Origin: Eledone cirrhosa
Lineage: Eukaryota
Reading direction: 5' to 3'
Length of the DNA: 64,000 nt
Assembly (NCBI GenBank): GCA_964016885.1
Contig: OZ024748.1
Span: forward strand, 45,570,001 to 45,634,000
The translations under genes were made by a program, and so were the position numbers. The notes under the pieces are model-generated. The model saw only the letters and a program-made list of their open reading frames with translations. It ran no database searches and was not told where the DNA came from. Positions within the stretch are counted from its first letter, which is position 1. Every line of letters begins with the position of its first letter. Positions 29,439 through 44,138 of the stretch are shown in pieces.

Positions 29439-31720
29439 CTTGTTCCCCGATCTCCTCGAGGCGGTCTACTGCAACTGGCAACAGAACGGGAGAATTCCCT
29501 GTACTGTGACCAAGGGCGTAGTCACGCTAGTGAGGAAGGACGAGAACAAGGGGGACGAAATAAGTAACTTCAGGCCCATAACACTGCTAAATACAGAGTT
29601 ACAGATTTTGGCCAAGGTGCTAGCAAAGAGGTTGGCGCTTGTCGTGGGCAACCTGGTGGGAGATGCGCAGACATGCGCTATCCCGTCCAGGTCCATCCAT
29701 GACAACCTCCACCTCATGCGATACATCATAGAGAGGGTTGGGAACGAACCCGGCTTTGGTGGGGCTCTGATCAACTTGGATCAATCTAAGGCGTTCGATA
29801 GGGTCGACCATGGTTACCTGGATGCGGTGCTAGCGGCGGCAGGCTTCGGACCCGTTTTCAGGGGCTGGATCACTGCTATGCACAGCAGCCGCATTTGCTC
29901 TAGGGTCAAGGTGAACGGCTACCTCTCGGAGCCGTTCAAAATCGCGCGGTCCATCCGACAAGGGTGCCCTCTCTCCTCCCTTCTGTATGTGTTGACTCTC
30001 GAGCCACTACTGCGGAAGTTGGAGTTGTTGCAGGGCATCCCTTTGGAACCGGGATTGCGGAAAGCGGTGTCGGCCTACGCCGATGACGTGACAGTAATGG
30101 TGTCGACGGCCTCCGAAATCGAGGCGGTCGGCACCTTACTGGAGGAGTACGAAAAGTTCACAGGGGCTAAGCTGAACCGGGACAAGTCGATCGGTTTGCA
30201 ACTTGGCACGTGGAGGGGCAGACCGATGCCCTCCGATAGCGTCGTCGGACGCTGGACGGAGGGCCCGGTGAAGTTGCTCAGGGTCTGGTTCGGACCGGAC
30301 CTCCAGGTGGAGAAAAACTGGGCGGAGGTTACGAACAGGGTGTTTGCACTGACCCAGAAGTGGGCCAGTTGCAAACTATCCCTGAAAGGTCGGGCGGAGG
30401 TGGCGAACACCTACATAGCGTCCGTCATCTACTACCGCCTGACCGTAGTGCCCTGCCCAAGGGAAACCCTCACCAAGATGGAGCGCGCGCTCTTCCAATT
30501 CCTTTGGAAGAGGCGGGCTCCTATGGTGAGGAGATCCATCTGCTGTCAACACCCTTCGAAAGGAGGGCTGGGGATGCCGTGGCTAATGATGCGTAAACAC
30601 GCATTAAGGTTACGGCACCTCTACGTATTCCTCACCGGACAACCGGTGTGGGCCTCGTTTGTGAGACGAACCTTTCCCAGACTCGTCTCACTCACCGAGC
30701 TGCAATCCTGGGTCAAGCAAAGACCGAGAAAACTGGGCGCCTGGCACACTGAGTGTGCCCAGGCGCTCACCGCCCTCTGGCAGGCGGATCCGGTTATCAG
30801 TGGAGACTCCACCGCAACATTCTATAGAGGGCTGGTACGCAGCAGGTGCGACGACGCCCTCGGAGAAGCCCTAGACATGGAGGAGGACGAACTGGCCAGC
30901 CTGTTCGGTAGGACATTCAGCCCGGGACCTATGGACAACTTCCAGAAGTCCCTGGCCTGGCAGTACTACCGAGGGGCTTTACCCGTTCGAGAAAGGCTCT
31001 ACAGACACGGGCGCCCGGGTAGGGACCCCGCCAAAAAGATCTGTCCCAGATGCGTGTGCGACGAGGAAACCGTTGCACACGCATTAGTACACTGCTCGGG
31101 CGTAGCCGATCTGTGGGGCTATGTCGAACAACTGCTGTCAAGGGTGGGACCGATCCGGTTGACCACCGAGTCTATTGTAATGATCAAGCCGCCTCCTCCC
31201 TTCAAAGATGAAGCAGAGGCGGTGTTTCTGTGCGTAATAGCCATGGCGAAAGAGGTTGTATGGTGGACGCGTCTGAAAGGACTGAGGTCGGGCACCTTTC
31301 TCTCTGGCCAACAACTGGTCCGTTTCTTCCGATATCATTTCGGAAGAAGGATCAGGATGGAGAGAGAGGTGCTGCACCCCAGCCGTTTCTATGAAAGATG
31401 GGTGAAAGTGGCGAGAATGGCCCGTGTGAATGGGCCTTCACTCTACATCAGACTATAGGTGAGGAAGATGAAAGACCAAGGGAGCACCCCTTCTCTGTGC
31501 TCCTGAGGAGAAGGGTTGCACACTTTTTTCGGGGGTGTGTGCGACCCCCCAAGGCGCCTCCTCTCTATTGAGGATTTTGTTAAAAATTTTATTTTTTGTT
31601 ATATCTTATTTTATTTTTATATTTTGTTATTGCCTCCTCCTTATTGAGGACGCCTTTTTGTGTAAACTCCCCCCTTTGTACTTGTCCCACTTTTGATGCC
31701 CTAGTGGCAAATAAAAGAAA
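29439..31720 (+). mobile_element. 5'-truncated Tx1 family 2 copy in (CTAT)n
   Basis: Open RT-to-C-terminus frame; (CTAT)n on both sides. Confidence 0.93.
29440..31458 (+). CDS. Tx1 ORF2 fragment (RT + C-terminal zinc finger), uninterrupted but 5'-truncated
   Basis: 672 aa with FRPITLLN, DQSKAFDRV, RQGCPLS, YADD, GGLGMP and CPRC..ETVAHALVHC. Confidence 0.85.
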   Translation: MFPDLLEAVYCNWQQNGRIPCTVTKGVVTLVRKDENKGDEISNFRPITLLNTELQILAKVLAKRLALVVGNLVGDAQTCAIPSRSIHDNLHLMRYIIERVGNEPGFGGALINLDQSKAFDRVDHGYLDAVLAAAGFGPVFRGWITAMHSSRICSRVKVNGYLSEPFKIARSIRQGCPLSSLLYVLTLEPLLRKLELLQGIPLEPGLRKAVSAYADDVTVMVSTASEIEAVGTLLEEYEKFTGAKLNRDKSIGLQLGTWRGRPMPSDSVVGRWTEGPVKLLRVWFGPDLQVEKNWAEVTNRVFALTQKWASCKLSLKGRAEVANTYIASVIYYRLTVVPCPRETLTKMERALFQFLWKRRAPMVRRSICCQHPSKGGLGMPWLMMRKHALRLRHLYVFLTGQPVWASFVRRTFPRLVSLTELQSWVKQRPRKLGAWHTECAQALTALWQADPVISGDSTATFYRGLVRSRCDDALGEALDMEEDELASLFGRTFSPGPMDNFQKSLAWQYYRGALPVRERLYRHGRPGRDPAKKICPRCVCDEETVAHALVHCSGVADLWGYVEQLLSRVGPIRLTTESIVMIKPPPPFKDEAEAVFLCVIAMAKEVVWWTRLKGLRSGTFLSGQQLVRFFRYHFGRRIRMEREVLHPSRFYERWVKVARMARVNGPSLYIRL

Positions 31721-31722
31721 TA

Positions 31723-31816
<94 letters not shown>

Positions 31817-31819
31817 CAT

Positions 31820-32277
31820 TGGCTATGGTGAAAGAGGTTATATGGTGGACGAGATTGAGAGGACTGAGGACAGATGCCTTTCTCTCCGGACCACAATTGA
31901 TTCCCTTCTTTAAGTATCACTTTAGAAGGAGAATCAGAGTGGAGGGAGAGGCACTGCACCCAAGTAAATTTACTGAAAGGTGGGTGAATGAAGCGAAAAT
32001 GGCCCGAGTGATTGGGCCTTCTCTGTTTATAAGCCTGTAGGTTAAAGAAGAGAGCAAAAGGAAGAAGGGAGCACTTGCACAACACGCTCCTGAAGTTGAG
32101 GGGTGTTCTATCAACGGGGTATTAAACAACCCATTTGTGCCGTCTCCCCCCTATTGGGGATTTCGATTGTTATAATTGTTTGTTTGTTTTATATTTTTTT
32201 TACACGACTGTAATGTAAAATCCCAGGCATGTGTCTTTGTATTGTCCCCTTTTCTTGTGCGCCCTTGTGGTAAATAA

Positions 32278-32278
<1 letters not shown>
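31820..32278 (+). mobile_element. 5'-truncated Tx1 family 1 copy in (CTAT)n
   Basis: Homologous to 4817-5267. Confidence 0.9.
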
Positions 32279-32373
<95 letters not shown>

Positions 32374-35300
32374 CCCTGCCTGACGCGTGGAACATCGCCA
32401 GTAAGATTTTTTGTAAATATATATACGAAAAACAGAACAAATTGTTTTAAACAACATATTATTTTGTAGATTAACCCCCAAGCTGAATTGTCAGCTGGGC
32501 GGTAATCCCATTTTTCGCCCATTTAGGGGCGAAAATTTAATTTAAAAATTGTTTTAAAATATCAAATTTTGCCAACTATAAAACATGAATAACACGAAGG
32601 GAACGCTGGAGAACGTTGACAGAGAAAAGAGAGAGAAAGAGGCAGATTTTAACGTTATATCTGCTTCTGCTACTATGGACGTCGCCATAGATACGACTCT
32701 CAACAAAAGGGAAAAAATATTGCCACTTGAAGATTGTACAATTTCTAACGTCGAAGCAGAAAAAAAATGAAAACACAGGAATTAAATCCATTAACATACA
32801 TACATATGAAAAAAACAACATCAACAACTCCACAGATACATCTACACATACAGTTTCACCTCGTCAAGGAACTGAGATTTCCAACACCGAGGCTAACGAC
32901 GCTAACAACAACAAAAACAGCAACACCTCACACAAAAAAAATGTCTTTCGCTGAAACAGTGAACAAAAAATTTCTCCAACGAGGAAAACAGTACGGAAGT
33001 GTTTCCGTAGTGTTTAAAAGCGAGGCAGTCGCCCCAAAACATTCTGTGACACCAATAGTGGCAAAAGCATTCACCTTTTTCCCTACATACATGGGAAAAA
33101 GGACACAAAAATAAAAATAAAAAATATACCACCAAACATTAACATCTAGTGGATCTTAGCTGGCTTCGTAGAGCCAGAAATTGATATGATTCTTTCGATA
33201 CGAAAGTCTATTCGACAAAGGTGGGCGGGTACTGATTTGGAGATTCTGTTGCAAATGAGGCCGGAGAGAATCTCCAGAATACCAGAAAGAGTCGTCATCG
33301 ATGATAACAACAAAATAAACATTTCAGTAGAAGGACGAACATTTCATTGCTTTCGTTGTTGTAGCACAACACATCTAAAAGCCTCTTGTCCTTCACAAAC
33401 ACACCACAACAACATTATTAAAAAAACACTATTACCAACACCAACACAACCACCACCACCACAAGTACAACGACAGACGAAACGAGCAACCACACCAAAA
33501 CAAACAGCCACTCAACCAGCAACAACAGAATTAACAGAGACAACACCACTCCATCAAACACTACCACAAACACACACACAGTAACACCACCACCACACAA
33601 CATACCCATACTCCACACTCCTGACGATGATTATTCATCGACGGATGAAGCTGCTTCTCCTTCTTTAAGTGAAGAAGAGGGAGAACCGCGGAAATCTAAA
33701 AAAGAAAAAAAGAGACACCACAAAACCCCCAAAACTCCAATCACCAACACCAACCTACAACCACAGACACAAACAAAAACACAAACAACACCACAGTCAA
33801 ACATCCCCCTACCAGCAAAACCAACACCAGCACCACCCCAAACACAAGCACCCACCATAAAAAGAAGACTCCCGAACGAACAACAAACTAAAACAACACA
33901 ACAAAAACACAAACAACAATACGCATACATCAACACAAACAACAAGAGTTTGATGGAGGTCATCTCCCAAAACCCCAAGGTGGAGACGGAGGGAAAAACT
34001 TTCGTCAAGGCTGAATCGTCTTCACACCTTAAACTTATAAGGGTTTATATGGAAATCTATAATCATCTGAAAAATAAATTTTCACAGGACGTGGGCAACC
34101 CCTGCCAGATGCCCATCAACCGCGTCCTGTTAAAATGTTTCCCCACCCCACCCAACACCCCATCCAGCACCCAAATGGAGATTGAACAACCGATCTCCAG
34201 GAAACGAAAAGGTAAGTGCACATTTCGTCCCTTTTCTCCAACTCTTCTTCACCAACATGGATAGTTTACGAGTTGGAGGCGTGAATGTGCGTGGCCTAGG
34301 GATGCCCTGGAAACAGGGCAAACTTTTAAACGACCTTAGGTCACACGGTAAGGATGTGATAGCCATCACCAAGTCCAGGATCCACAACAGGCAGCAACTA
34401 ACCCCCATCCTCGACGACTTCGAGATCTACGCATCTCTCTGTCAGCCAGGAGGTGGAGGGGGAGTGGCTGTCATAGTACGTCGAAGTACAGCAAGTACAC
34501 TTGGAATCGGAGGGTAGAATGGTAGTCCTAGACGTGAACAGTATTGGAGGTGGAGCCTTCAGACTGGTGGCAGTTTATGCCCAGACCGGGCAATCACAAT
34601 CACAGCCAGACTTCTTTAAGCGTCTAGAGGCTTTTCTGGGAACGTCTCGCTCCTTACTTTTAGTGGGGGACTGGAATGGTATCCTAGATGCACCATGGGA
34701 CTATGTGGGAGCATGTCCCAGTAGAGTGGGCTGCAAAAGCCTCAAAACTTTAATCGGCCAATTCCAAATGGCCGATAGGTATCGATTGGATTTCCAGACT
34801 TCACCACAGTGGACGTGGGCAAACCGCAGCGAGACATCTAGATCGTATTTAGATAGGTTCTTCATTAGAGAAAGGGACAAGGAGATGTTAAGCTGTCCAC
34901 AAATGCTCATCGTTGCCTATTCAGATCACTAATTACTCGTCTGCTTAGTCAACCGTGATAGAATACATAGACAAGGACCCGGATACTGGAAGCTGAACGT
35001 GTCGTTGCCCGCACGTAAAGCTTACAGTGAACGGAGAAGTAGACTAGTCAAGCAACAGTTAACAGGAGCCATCGTCAACAATAAATGGTGCTACTCTCTC
35101 AAGAAAGCAATTAGAATAGAATCGATAGGGTTTAGCAGAGAGTTAGCCTTAGAGAGAAACAAAATAGAAAAAGAACTAGTAGCCAAGGTAGAGGAGGCAC
35201 TTAGAAGTGGCAAGGCCGCTAGAGTGTTAGCGTCGAGAACGGCACTGGACCAGTTCTTCGATGCAAAACACGAAGGCTGCGTGGTCAGAAGCAAAACACG

Positions 35301-37721
35301 TGCTCTAGGAAACGAAGGAGCGAAAGCTGTCAGCTGGGCTCGAGTGGCGGAGGCGAAATGTGGCAACAAGTCGACGATTCTGTCTTTGAAAGACCAAAAC
35401 GGACGCGTGCTACTTGACCCCAAGCAAATGTGCGCGGCCTTTCAGCAGCACTTTGCGCGACTGATTAAGCAGAACGACGGTGAGCCGAACGGGGCAATGG
35501 ACTTTAGCTCATACCTCGACGGCCTGCCCCGTCTCTCGAACACGGACGCCGAGTTCTGCGAAAGAGCGATCACGGTCACTGAGATACCGGACACTCTGGC
35601 CCGCTGCGGGAAACGCAAGTCACCCGGTCTAGATAGTCTACCCTATGAGTTTTACATAGGCATGCCGGACTTGTTCTCTGGCGTCCTCGAAGCCGTCTAC
35701 TGCAATTGGCAGCAGAACGGGAGAATTCCCGGTTCTGCAGGCAAGGGCGTAGTGACGCTGATCAGGAAAGACAAGAAAAAGGGGTCGAAATTAACAACTT
35801 CAGGCCTATAACTCTGCTCAACACAGAGTTAAAGATTTTGGCCAAGGTGCTAGCGACGAGGTTAGCGCTTGTCGTCGAAAACCTGGTAGGGAAAGCGCAA
35901 ACGTGTGCAATCCCGACCAGGTCCATATATGACAACCTCCACCTCATGCAATACATCATAGAGAGGGTGGGTAGTAAACCCCACTTCGGTGGGGATCTGA
36001 TATATTTGGATCAGTCTAAGGCATTCGATAGGGTCGACCATCAATACTTGCAAGCGGTTCTCAAGGCGGCCGGTTCCGGTCCCGTATTCAGAGGCTGGAT
36101 CGAGGCGATGCACACCAGCATCTGCTCGAGGGTCAAGGTGAACGGCTACCTACCGGAGCGGTTCGCAATCACGCGTTCCATTCAACAGGAGTGTCCTCTC
36201 TCCTCCATTCTGTATGTATTGACTCTAGAGCCACTACTGCGGAAATTGGAGCTGTTGCAGGGCATCCCTCTAGAACCGGGACTGTGCAAAGCGGCGTCGG
36301 CTTATGCTGACGACGTGATGGTAATGGTGTCGAGCATCTTGGAAATCGGGGTGATCGGCAACTTACTGAAAGAATACGAAACGCTGAGGGGAGCAAAACT
36401 AAACCCGGACAAGTCTGTCGGTTTGCAACTCGGTACGTGGAGAGGCAAACCGATGACGTCCGACAGCGTCGTTGGACGCTGGACGGACGGACCGGTGAAA
36501 TTGCTAGGGGTCTGGTTCGGTCCAGACCTCCAGGTGGAGAAAACTGGAATGACGTCATGGCCAAGGTGTTTGCACTCACCCAGAAGTGGGCAGAGTGCAA
36601 ACTGTCCTTGAAAGGTCGAGCGGAGTTGGCGAATACTTTCATAGCGTCCGTCATCTACTACCGCTTGACTATCGTTCCTTGTCCCTGTGAACACCTCGCC
36701 AAGATGGAACGCATGCTCTTCCAGTTTCTGTGGAAGAAGCAGGCTCCGCTGGTGAGGAGATCCGTGTGCTGTCAGTACCCTTCCAACAGAGGGCTGGGAA
36801 TGCCGTGGCTGATGATGCGCAAACATGCGCTGAGGCTGCGGCATCTCCAGGTATTCCTCACCGACCCCCAACCGGTGTGGGCACCGTTTGTGAGAGAGTC
36901 TTTCCCACAGCTCGTCTCGGTGACGGAGCTGCAGTCCTGGGTCAAGAAAAGACCGAAAACGATGGGCGCCTGGCACATTGAATGCGCTCAGGCGCTCACA
37001 GTCCTCTGGCAAGCGGGCACAGTAATCAGTGGAGACTCCACTTCGACATTCTGTAGAGGGATTGTACGTTACAGGGGTGATGACGTGCTCGGAGAGACTC
37101 TGGGCGTCGAAGACGCTGAGCTCACCAGTCTGTTTTCTAGGACTTTCCGCCCGGCACCTATGGACAACTTCAAGAGGACCCTGGCCTGGCAGTGCTACCA
37201 AGGAGCTCTACCGGTTCGTGACAAGATCTACAGGCACGGACGCCCCGACAGGGATCCTTCCAAGAGGTCGTGTCCAAGATGCACGCAGGACATTGAAACA
37301 GTCCTGCACGCAAACCGCCAGCCTCTTTCAAAAACGAAAGAGAGGCGGTTTTCCTCTGTATGGTGGCTATGGTGAAAGAAGTTATATGGTGGACGAGATT
37401 GAGAAGACTGAGGACAGGTGCCTTTCTCTCCGGACAACAATTGATTCCCTTCTTTATGTATCACTTTAGAAGGAGAATCAGAGTGGAGGAAGAAGCACTG
37501 CACCCCAGTAAATTTACTGAAAGGTGGGTGAATGAAGCGAAAATGGCCCGAGTGATTGGGCCTTGTCTGTTTATAAGCCAGTAGGTTAAAGAAGAGTGCA
37601 AAAGGAAAAATGGAGCACTTGCGCAACACGCTCCTGGAGTTGAGGGTTGTTCTATCGACGGTTGTTCTATCGTCTTTGTATTGTCCCCTTTTCTTGTGGA
37701 CCCTTGTGGCGATTAAAGAAA
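32374..37721 (+). mobile_element. Apparently full-span but degenerate Tx1 family 1 element
   Basis: Starts directly after (CTAT)n. ORF1 remnant 32585-34264 (CFRCCSTTHLKASC). ORF2 remnant 34257-37584 (APE NVRGL/GDWN/LDRF/SDH; RT YADD). Internal deletions relative to the copy at 1-5267. Confidence 0.92.
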
Positions 37722-37912
37722 TATATCTATCTATCTATCTATCTATGTATATATATATATATATATACAAAGACAGAAAGAGAGAGAGTCATATATACAC
37801 GCGCATACATTTATTCCTTTAATTATTTATGTGCTCATTTTTTTATTGGCTCTTGTCATTTGACAGCGGTCATGTGTGGCAATACACACACACACACATA
37901 TATATATATATA

Positions 37913-37986
<74 letters not shown>

Positions 37987-37999
37987 TAGATATATATGT

Positions 38000-38040
<41 letters not shown>

Positions 38041-38049
38041 TATGTATAT

Positions 38050-38124
<75 letters not shown>

Positions 38125-38126
<2 letters not shown>

Positions 38127-38250
38127 AACGTTTGTATTTGTAAAGCCAAAATAATGCAGGTATGGACATAGAATAAAATTGTTTTGGCTTTACAAATACA
38201 AACGTTTATACCTCATTACACAATGCTTCAAGTGAACTATAACTTCCTCC
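38125..38250. mobile_element. Short fold-back remnant of the PLE family at 44355-45850
   Basis: aaacgtttgtatttgtaaagccaaaa is inverted locally; the tail cctcattacacaatgcttcaagtgaactataacttcctcc closely matches the reverse complement of 44355-44395. Confidence 0.75.
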
Positions 38251-38325
38251 TGTATCTCACTCCATGTATCTCACTCTGTTTCTAACTCTATCTCTATCTC
38301 CATCTATATCTATCTGTCTACATCA

Positions 38326-38369
<44 letters not shown>

Positions 38370-39154
38370 GATTCTTTTTTTCAAATACCACTTTGGAAGA
38401 AGAATCAGGATGGAGAGAGAGGTGCTGTACCCCAGCAAGTTTTATGAAAGGTGGGTGAAAGTGGCGAGAATGGCCCGAGTGAATGGGCCTTCTCTCTATA
38501 TCAGCCTGTAGGTTGAGGAAAAGGAGGAGGAGAGGAAAGGAGTACAAGCTCTTCGTACTCCTGGAGATGAGGGTTGCACATTTTTTTCGGGGGTCTGTGT
38601 TACCCATATAAACTGTCTCCCTCTATTGGGGAAAATCGACTAACTTTTAAATTCCATCTGTGATAACATTTTACACGTTTTTATTGTATGTAAACTTCCC
38701 CCTTTGTATTTGTCCCCTTCTTTTGTGCCCCTGTGGCTAATAAAGAAATATATCTATCTATCTATCTATCTATCTGATTCTTTTTTTCAAATACCACTTT
38801 GGAAGAAGAATCAGGATGGAGAGAGAGGTGCTGTACCCCAGCAAGTTTTATGAAAGGTGGGTGAAAGTGGCGAGAATGGCCCGAGTGAATGGGCCTTCTC
38901 TCTATATCAGCCTGTAGGTTGAGGAAAAGGAGGAGGAGAGGAAAGGAGTACAAGCTCTTCGTACTCCTGGAGATGAGGGTTGCACATTTTTTTTCGGGGG
39001 TATGTGTTAACCATATAAACTGTCTCCCTCTATTGGGGAAAATCGACTAACTTTTAAATTCCATCTGTGATAACATTTTACACGTTTTTATTGTATGTAA
39101 ACTTCCCCCTTTGTATTTGTCCCCTTCTTTTGTGCCCCTGTGGCTAATAAAGAA

Positions 39155-39155
<1 letters not shown>
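38370..39155 (+). mobile_element. Two near-identical 3' fragments of Tx1 family 3 (38370-38748, 38776-39155) in (CTAT)n
   Basis: Encode FFKYHFGRRIRMEREVLYPSKFYERWVKVARMARVNGPSLYISL; identical 5' breakpoints. Confidence 0.9.
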
Positions 39156-39212
<57 letters not shown>

Positions 39213-39343
39213 TTATCTATCTCTCTATCACTATCTATCTATCACTATCTATCTATCTATCTTTCTCTCTCTCACACACTCTCTCTCTCTCTTTCTCACC
39301 CTAGCTCTCTCTATTGCTCACTCTATCTATCTATCTATCTATA

Positions 39344-39388
<45 letters not shown>

Positions 39389-39623
39389 GTCAGTCTCTCA
39401 CCGACATTCTCTCTGACACACTCTCTTTTGGGATAGGAGTATCATTACGCATGCGTGCAAAACTTTCATCAATTTCCGCACGCAAGCTTTTAGTTACATC
39501 GGTGGCTCGCTTGCGAAAGGGAGACACTTTTGTAATATTAATTTATACTTAAGTCACATCCATATATGTAATTATGTATAATATACATATATGTGTATAT
39601 ATATATTAGAGTGTGTGTGTATA

Positions 39624-39680
<57 letters not shown>

Positions 39681-39748
39681 ATATATGAGTATACACACAC
39701 TCTAATATATATATACACATATAGTGTGTGTGTAAGGGAGAGAGAGAT

Positions 39749-39787
<39 letters not shown>

Positions 39788-39806
39788 AACGAGATAGAGA
39801 AATATT

Positions 39807-39837
<31 letters not shown>

Positions 39838-39933
39838 GAGACAGAGAGAAAGATATAGAGAGATGTTAGAGAGATAGATAGAGAGATAGATAGATAGATA
39901 GATAGATAGAGAGAGATAGAGAGAGATAGAGAT

Positions 39934-40028
<95 letters not shown>

Positions 40029-40382
40029 AGATTGACATGAACATATACCAGCGGAGACAGCTTGAAGATATATAAATAATATATCCATATCCATATCTTG
40101 TAGTAAGTTATAAAAGATAATAAGTTCCACGTAGCAGTCATATAAATCATAAGAGTTACATGATATTTAGTGATTATGAGTTGGAGTTGTTCGTTAATTG
40201 CAGGTCAGCCATCTTAGAAATGCCATTTGCTCAAAGGCGTTACAGCCATCTTAATCTTAAGTAGGCATTATTGAATGCATATATACTTAATGAGCTGCCA
40301 TGGACGAGGGTTGCGAGAAGGGAGGACTTATGTGTATGTATGTATGTATGTATGTATTAATTTTGACATGGATGCATGTATG

Positions 40383-41027
<645 letters not shown>

Positions 41028-41029
<2 letters not shown>

Positions 41030-41437
41030 GAACAAAAGATGGTTAAAGGAGTTCCATGTTTTTTATTATGCGCATTTCAAAAACAAATATCATCATGCAA
41101 TAATATTTGTGTTTTCATCAGATAAAATAGGAGGACATGATATGAAGGCTAAAAAACACTTGTGGATAGTTCAGTTTTAAATCAACATATCTGAACTGAA
41201 CTATCCACAAGTGTTTTTTAGCCTTCATATCATGTCCTCCTATTGTATCTGATGAAAACACAAATATTATTGCATGATGATATTTGTTTTTGAAATGCGC
41301 ATAATAAAATACATGGAACTCCTTTAACCATCTTTTGTTTTTATATATTATGTATACTCCAGTCCCACAAACTGTAGAGTGCTTCTTATCCGATATCTGC
41401 ATTGCTTTATTGTACTACAATAAAACTCACCTCCTAC

Positions 41438-41438
<1 letters not shown>
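41028..41438. mobile_element. Fold-back PLE-type element with hammerhead motifs on both strands
   Basis: 41028-41175 is inverted at about 41195-41343; tail GAGTGCT at 41377. Confidence 0.85.
41241..41311 (+). ncRNA. Type I hammerhead ribozyme motif (mirror copy about 41059-41128 on -)
   Basis: TATTGTAT-CTGATGA-AAACACAAATATTATTGCATGATGATATTTGTTTTT-GAAA-TGCGCA-TA-ATAAAATA. Confidence 0.8.
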
Positions 41439-41513
<75 letters not shown>

Positions 41514-41656
41514 GTTTGCGAGGTTTTTGATATGAAATCGTGTGTCGAAACTGTGGAGATATAAAAGATACAGAAGCGAAAACCAACCAGCCATTGAGGG
41601 TGTTCTGTTATTATTTCTGGCAATATTAATACAACAATATGACCCTCCCCAAGTAT

Positions 41657-41711
<55 letters not shown>

Positions 41712-41727
41712 GGTATATATATATGTC

Positions 41728-41834
<107 letters not shown>

Positions 41835-42606
41835 GCATACCTACACACCCCCATATATATATATATATATATATATAATACATTATAAAGAAAGAAGAAA
41901 CATTAGACATAACCAAAAAAAATATAAATACCCAATATTTATCCACATCCTCGACTGTACAGTTTCGTGGCTACTTTGCAAGAACATTACATCATAGCGA
42001 TGCAGTTTTTTTTTTGAGGTTTGCCAGCTTATCAAGAGAATACCTCATTTAAAGATTCAAAACACGTCCGTATGTGTGAGAGAGAATCCCAGAAAGGCGG
42101 AGGGGGAGCTTATCACGTGATACAGCGGTCAAGAAACAGAGTTAAGCCTCTTACAACCAAGAGGAAAATACTACAAAGGGCGGAGGGAGCATTAATATCT
42201 AGGAAAACAGACGAGGTGGCTAAGGAGGGCTAGAAGTGTAAATAGTGTAAGCATGACAGCAGTCACTATACTTCAGTGGTTACTCTACCGTAGGGAGTTA
42301 TAGACAATAAAAAGAAATACACAGATACATGCAAATACATCCAGAATATATTTTTTTTCCCCGTTTGTAAAATAAGTTGGATTACTTTGAATAAATAATG
42401 AATGAATATTACATAATTTATTAACTAAATTTCGTAACCCTTGATTAAATATAAATAATTTTATTGCTTATTTTAAGATTCACTTCTTTAAAAACATCGC
42501 ATATATTTCCGTCGGTAATTTTCTCCTAATGCAGTTTATACATAATATTGTCTTTTTAAAATGTATCATGGATTACTTTGCAGATTACATAAGAGATTGT
42601 AACACA

Positions 42607-42703
<97 letters not shown>

Positions 42704-42875
42704 TACATACATAAATATGTACATCTTCATATATATATATATATATATTTTTTTTTTTTAGCCCGATAGGCTAAACAATTTCTTTAGTCAAAAATACGGT
42801 GAAAGCTTATATTTCTAATTTCAAACTCGCTCACTGTTTCAAAACATACTTACATATATATAATCATCATTGCTT

Positions 42876-43060
42876 AGAACAAATATCACGAGCGTTCTAT
42901 CTCAAAATTATTTTTGAAAAGCATTAGAAATGCGCAACCGGTAAAAACTTAAAACTAAAACTGAATACTAACCAATACTTATTACTAATTTATACTTAAT
43001 CCTAATTAAACTATTTTTCACTGGGAAAAATTTGTCAGCATTTTCTTTTCCTTTTTACTA
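42876..43060 (+). repeat. Unclassified dispersed repeat, second copy at 50646-50828
   Basis: Shared ctatctcaaaattatttttgaaaagcattagaaatgcgcaaccggtaaaa...aatttgtcagcattttc. Confidence 0.8.
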
Positions 43061-43091
43061 ATATATCGCAACTCGTGTGTCACAAAAAAAA

Positions 43092-43131
<40 letters not shown>

Positions 43132-43473
43132 TATGAGATTTCAAGTTAAGCTATTACTCATGATAGCGACGTGAGATGTCCGCTTGCTTCCCTCTTTCTA
43201 TACAACTAATACCATTTTGTTGTTGTTTCACCTCTCCAGCATCCCTTCAGTACCTCTTCTTAGTTGTTCACATTTAATAGGAGACGACATTCGTATCTCA
43301 AATTAAAGTATTTGTATTATCTTCATATACATTAGCTTCCCAATTGTGTAGGACTTAGTACCAATTTTTACCAAATATTGAGAACGTTATACTTACATAA
43401 ATGGATGTTTGCATATCATGATATTTTTCCATGTGAGTTGATAATATCCCATTTATCATTATTAATATTATTA

Positions 43474-43895
43474 TGGCAGTATCGGTAGAGCGTCAGACAC
43501 CATGCTTTGCAGCATAGAGTTATGGTCCTTTACGTTTTGAGTTCAAATCCCGCAGAGGTTAACTTTGCCTTTCATCCTTACGGGGTCGATAAAATAAAGT
43601 ACCAGTAATGCACTGGGGTTGATCTAATCGACTTTCCCCTCTTCTTCAATTTACTGGCCTTGTGTCTATACTAGAAATCATTGTGGATTGGCAGTATCGG
43701 TAGAGGGTCGGACGCCATGCTTTGACGCATAGAGTTACGGCCCTTGCCATTCTGAGTTCAAATCCCCCCGAAGTTAACTTTGCCTTTCATCCTTATGGGG
43801 TCGATAAAATAAAGCACCAGTAATGCACTGGGGGTCGACTTGATCGACTCCCCCCCCCCTTCAAATTGGTGGCCTTGTGACTAAATCTGAAAACA
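43474..43895 (+). mobile_element. Two tandem S1 SINEs (long variant with extra ggggt..atcgact..cccc segment)
   Basis: Unit match. Confidence 0.85.
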
Positions 43896-44082
43896 TTATT
43901 GCTATTGTCCCTTAATCAGAAACCAATATTATTATAATTATTTGACTATATAATTGGCAGTACGACCAACACAAGGTTTAACGGCAAAAGAGGTGTATAT
44001 AAAAACATATCTCAACGTATTTTATACGTTTTTATACAATAAATATATTGATATATTGGTAGCCTCACTGCCGAAGAAAAAA

Positions 44083-44137
<55 letters not shown>

Positions 44138-44138
<1 letters not shown>

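Noticed and set aside
28774-39230. CRISPR-like repeat-spacer array
   Set aside because: The repeats are variable-length microsatellites and the spacers are LINE fragments; eukaryotic context with no cas genes.
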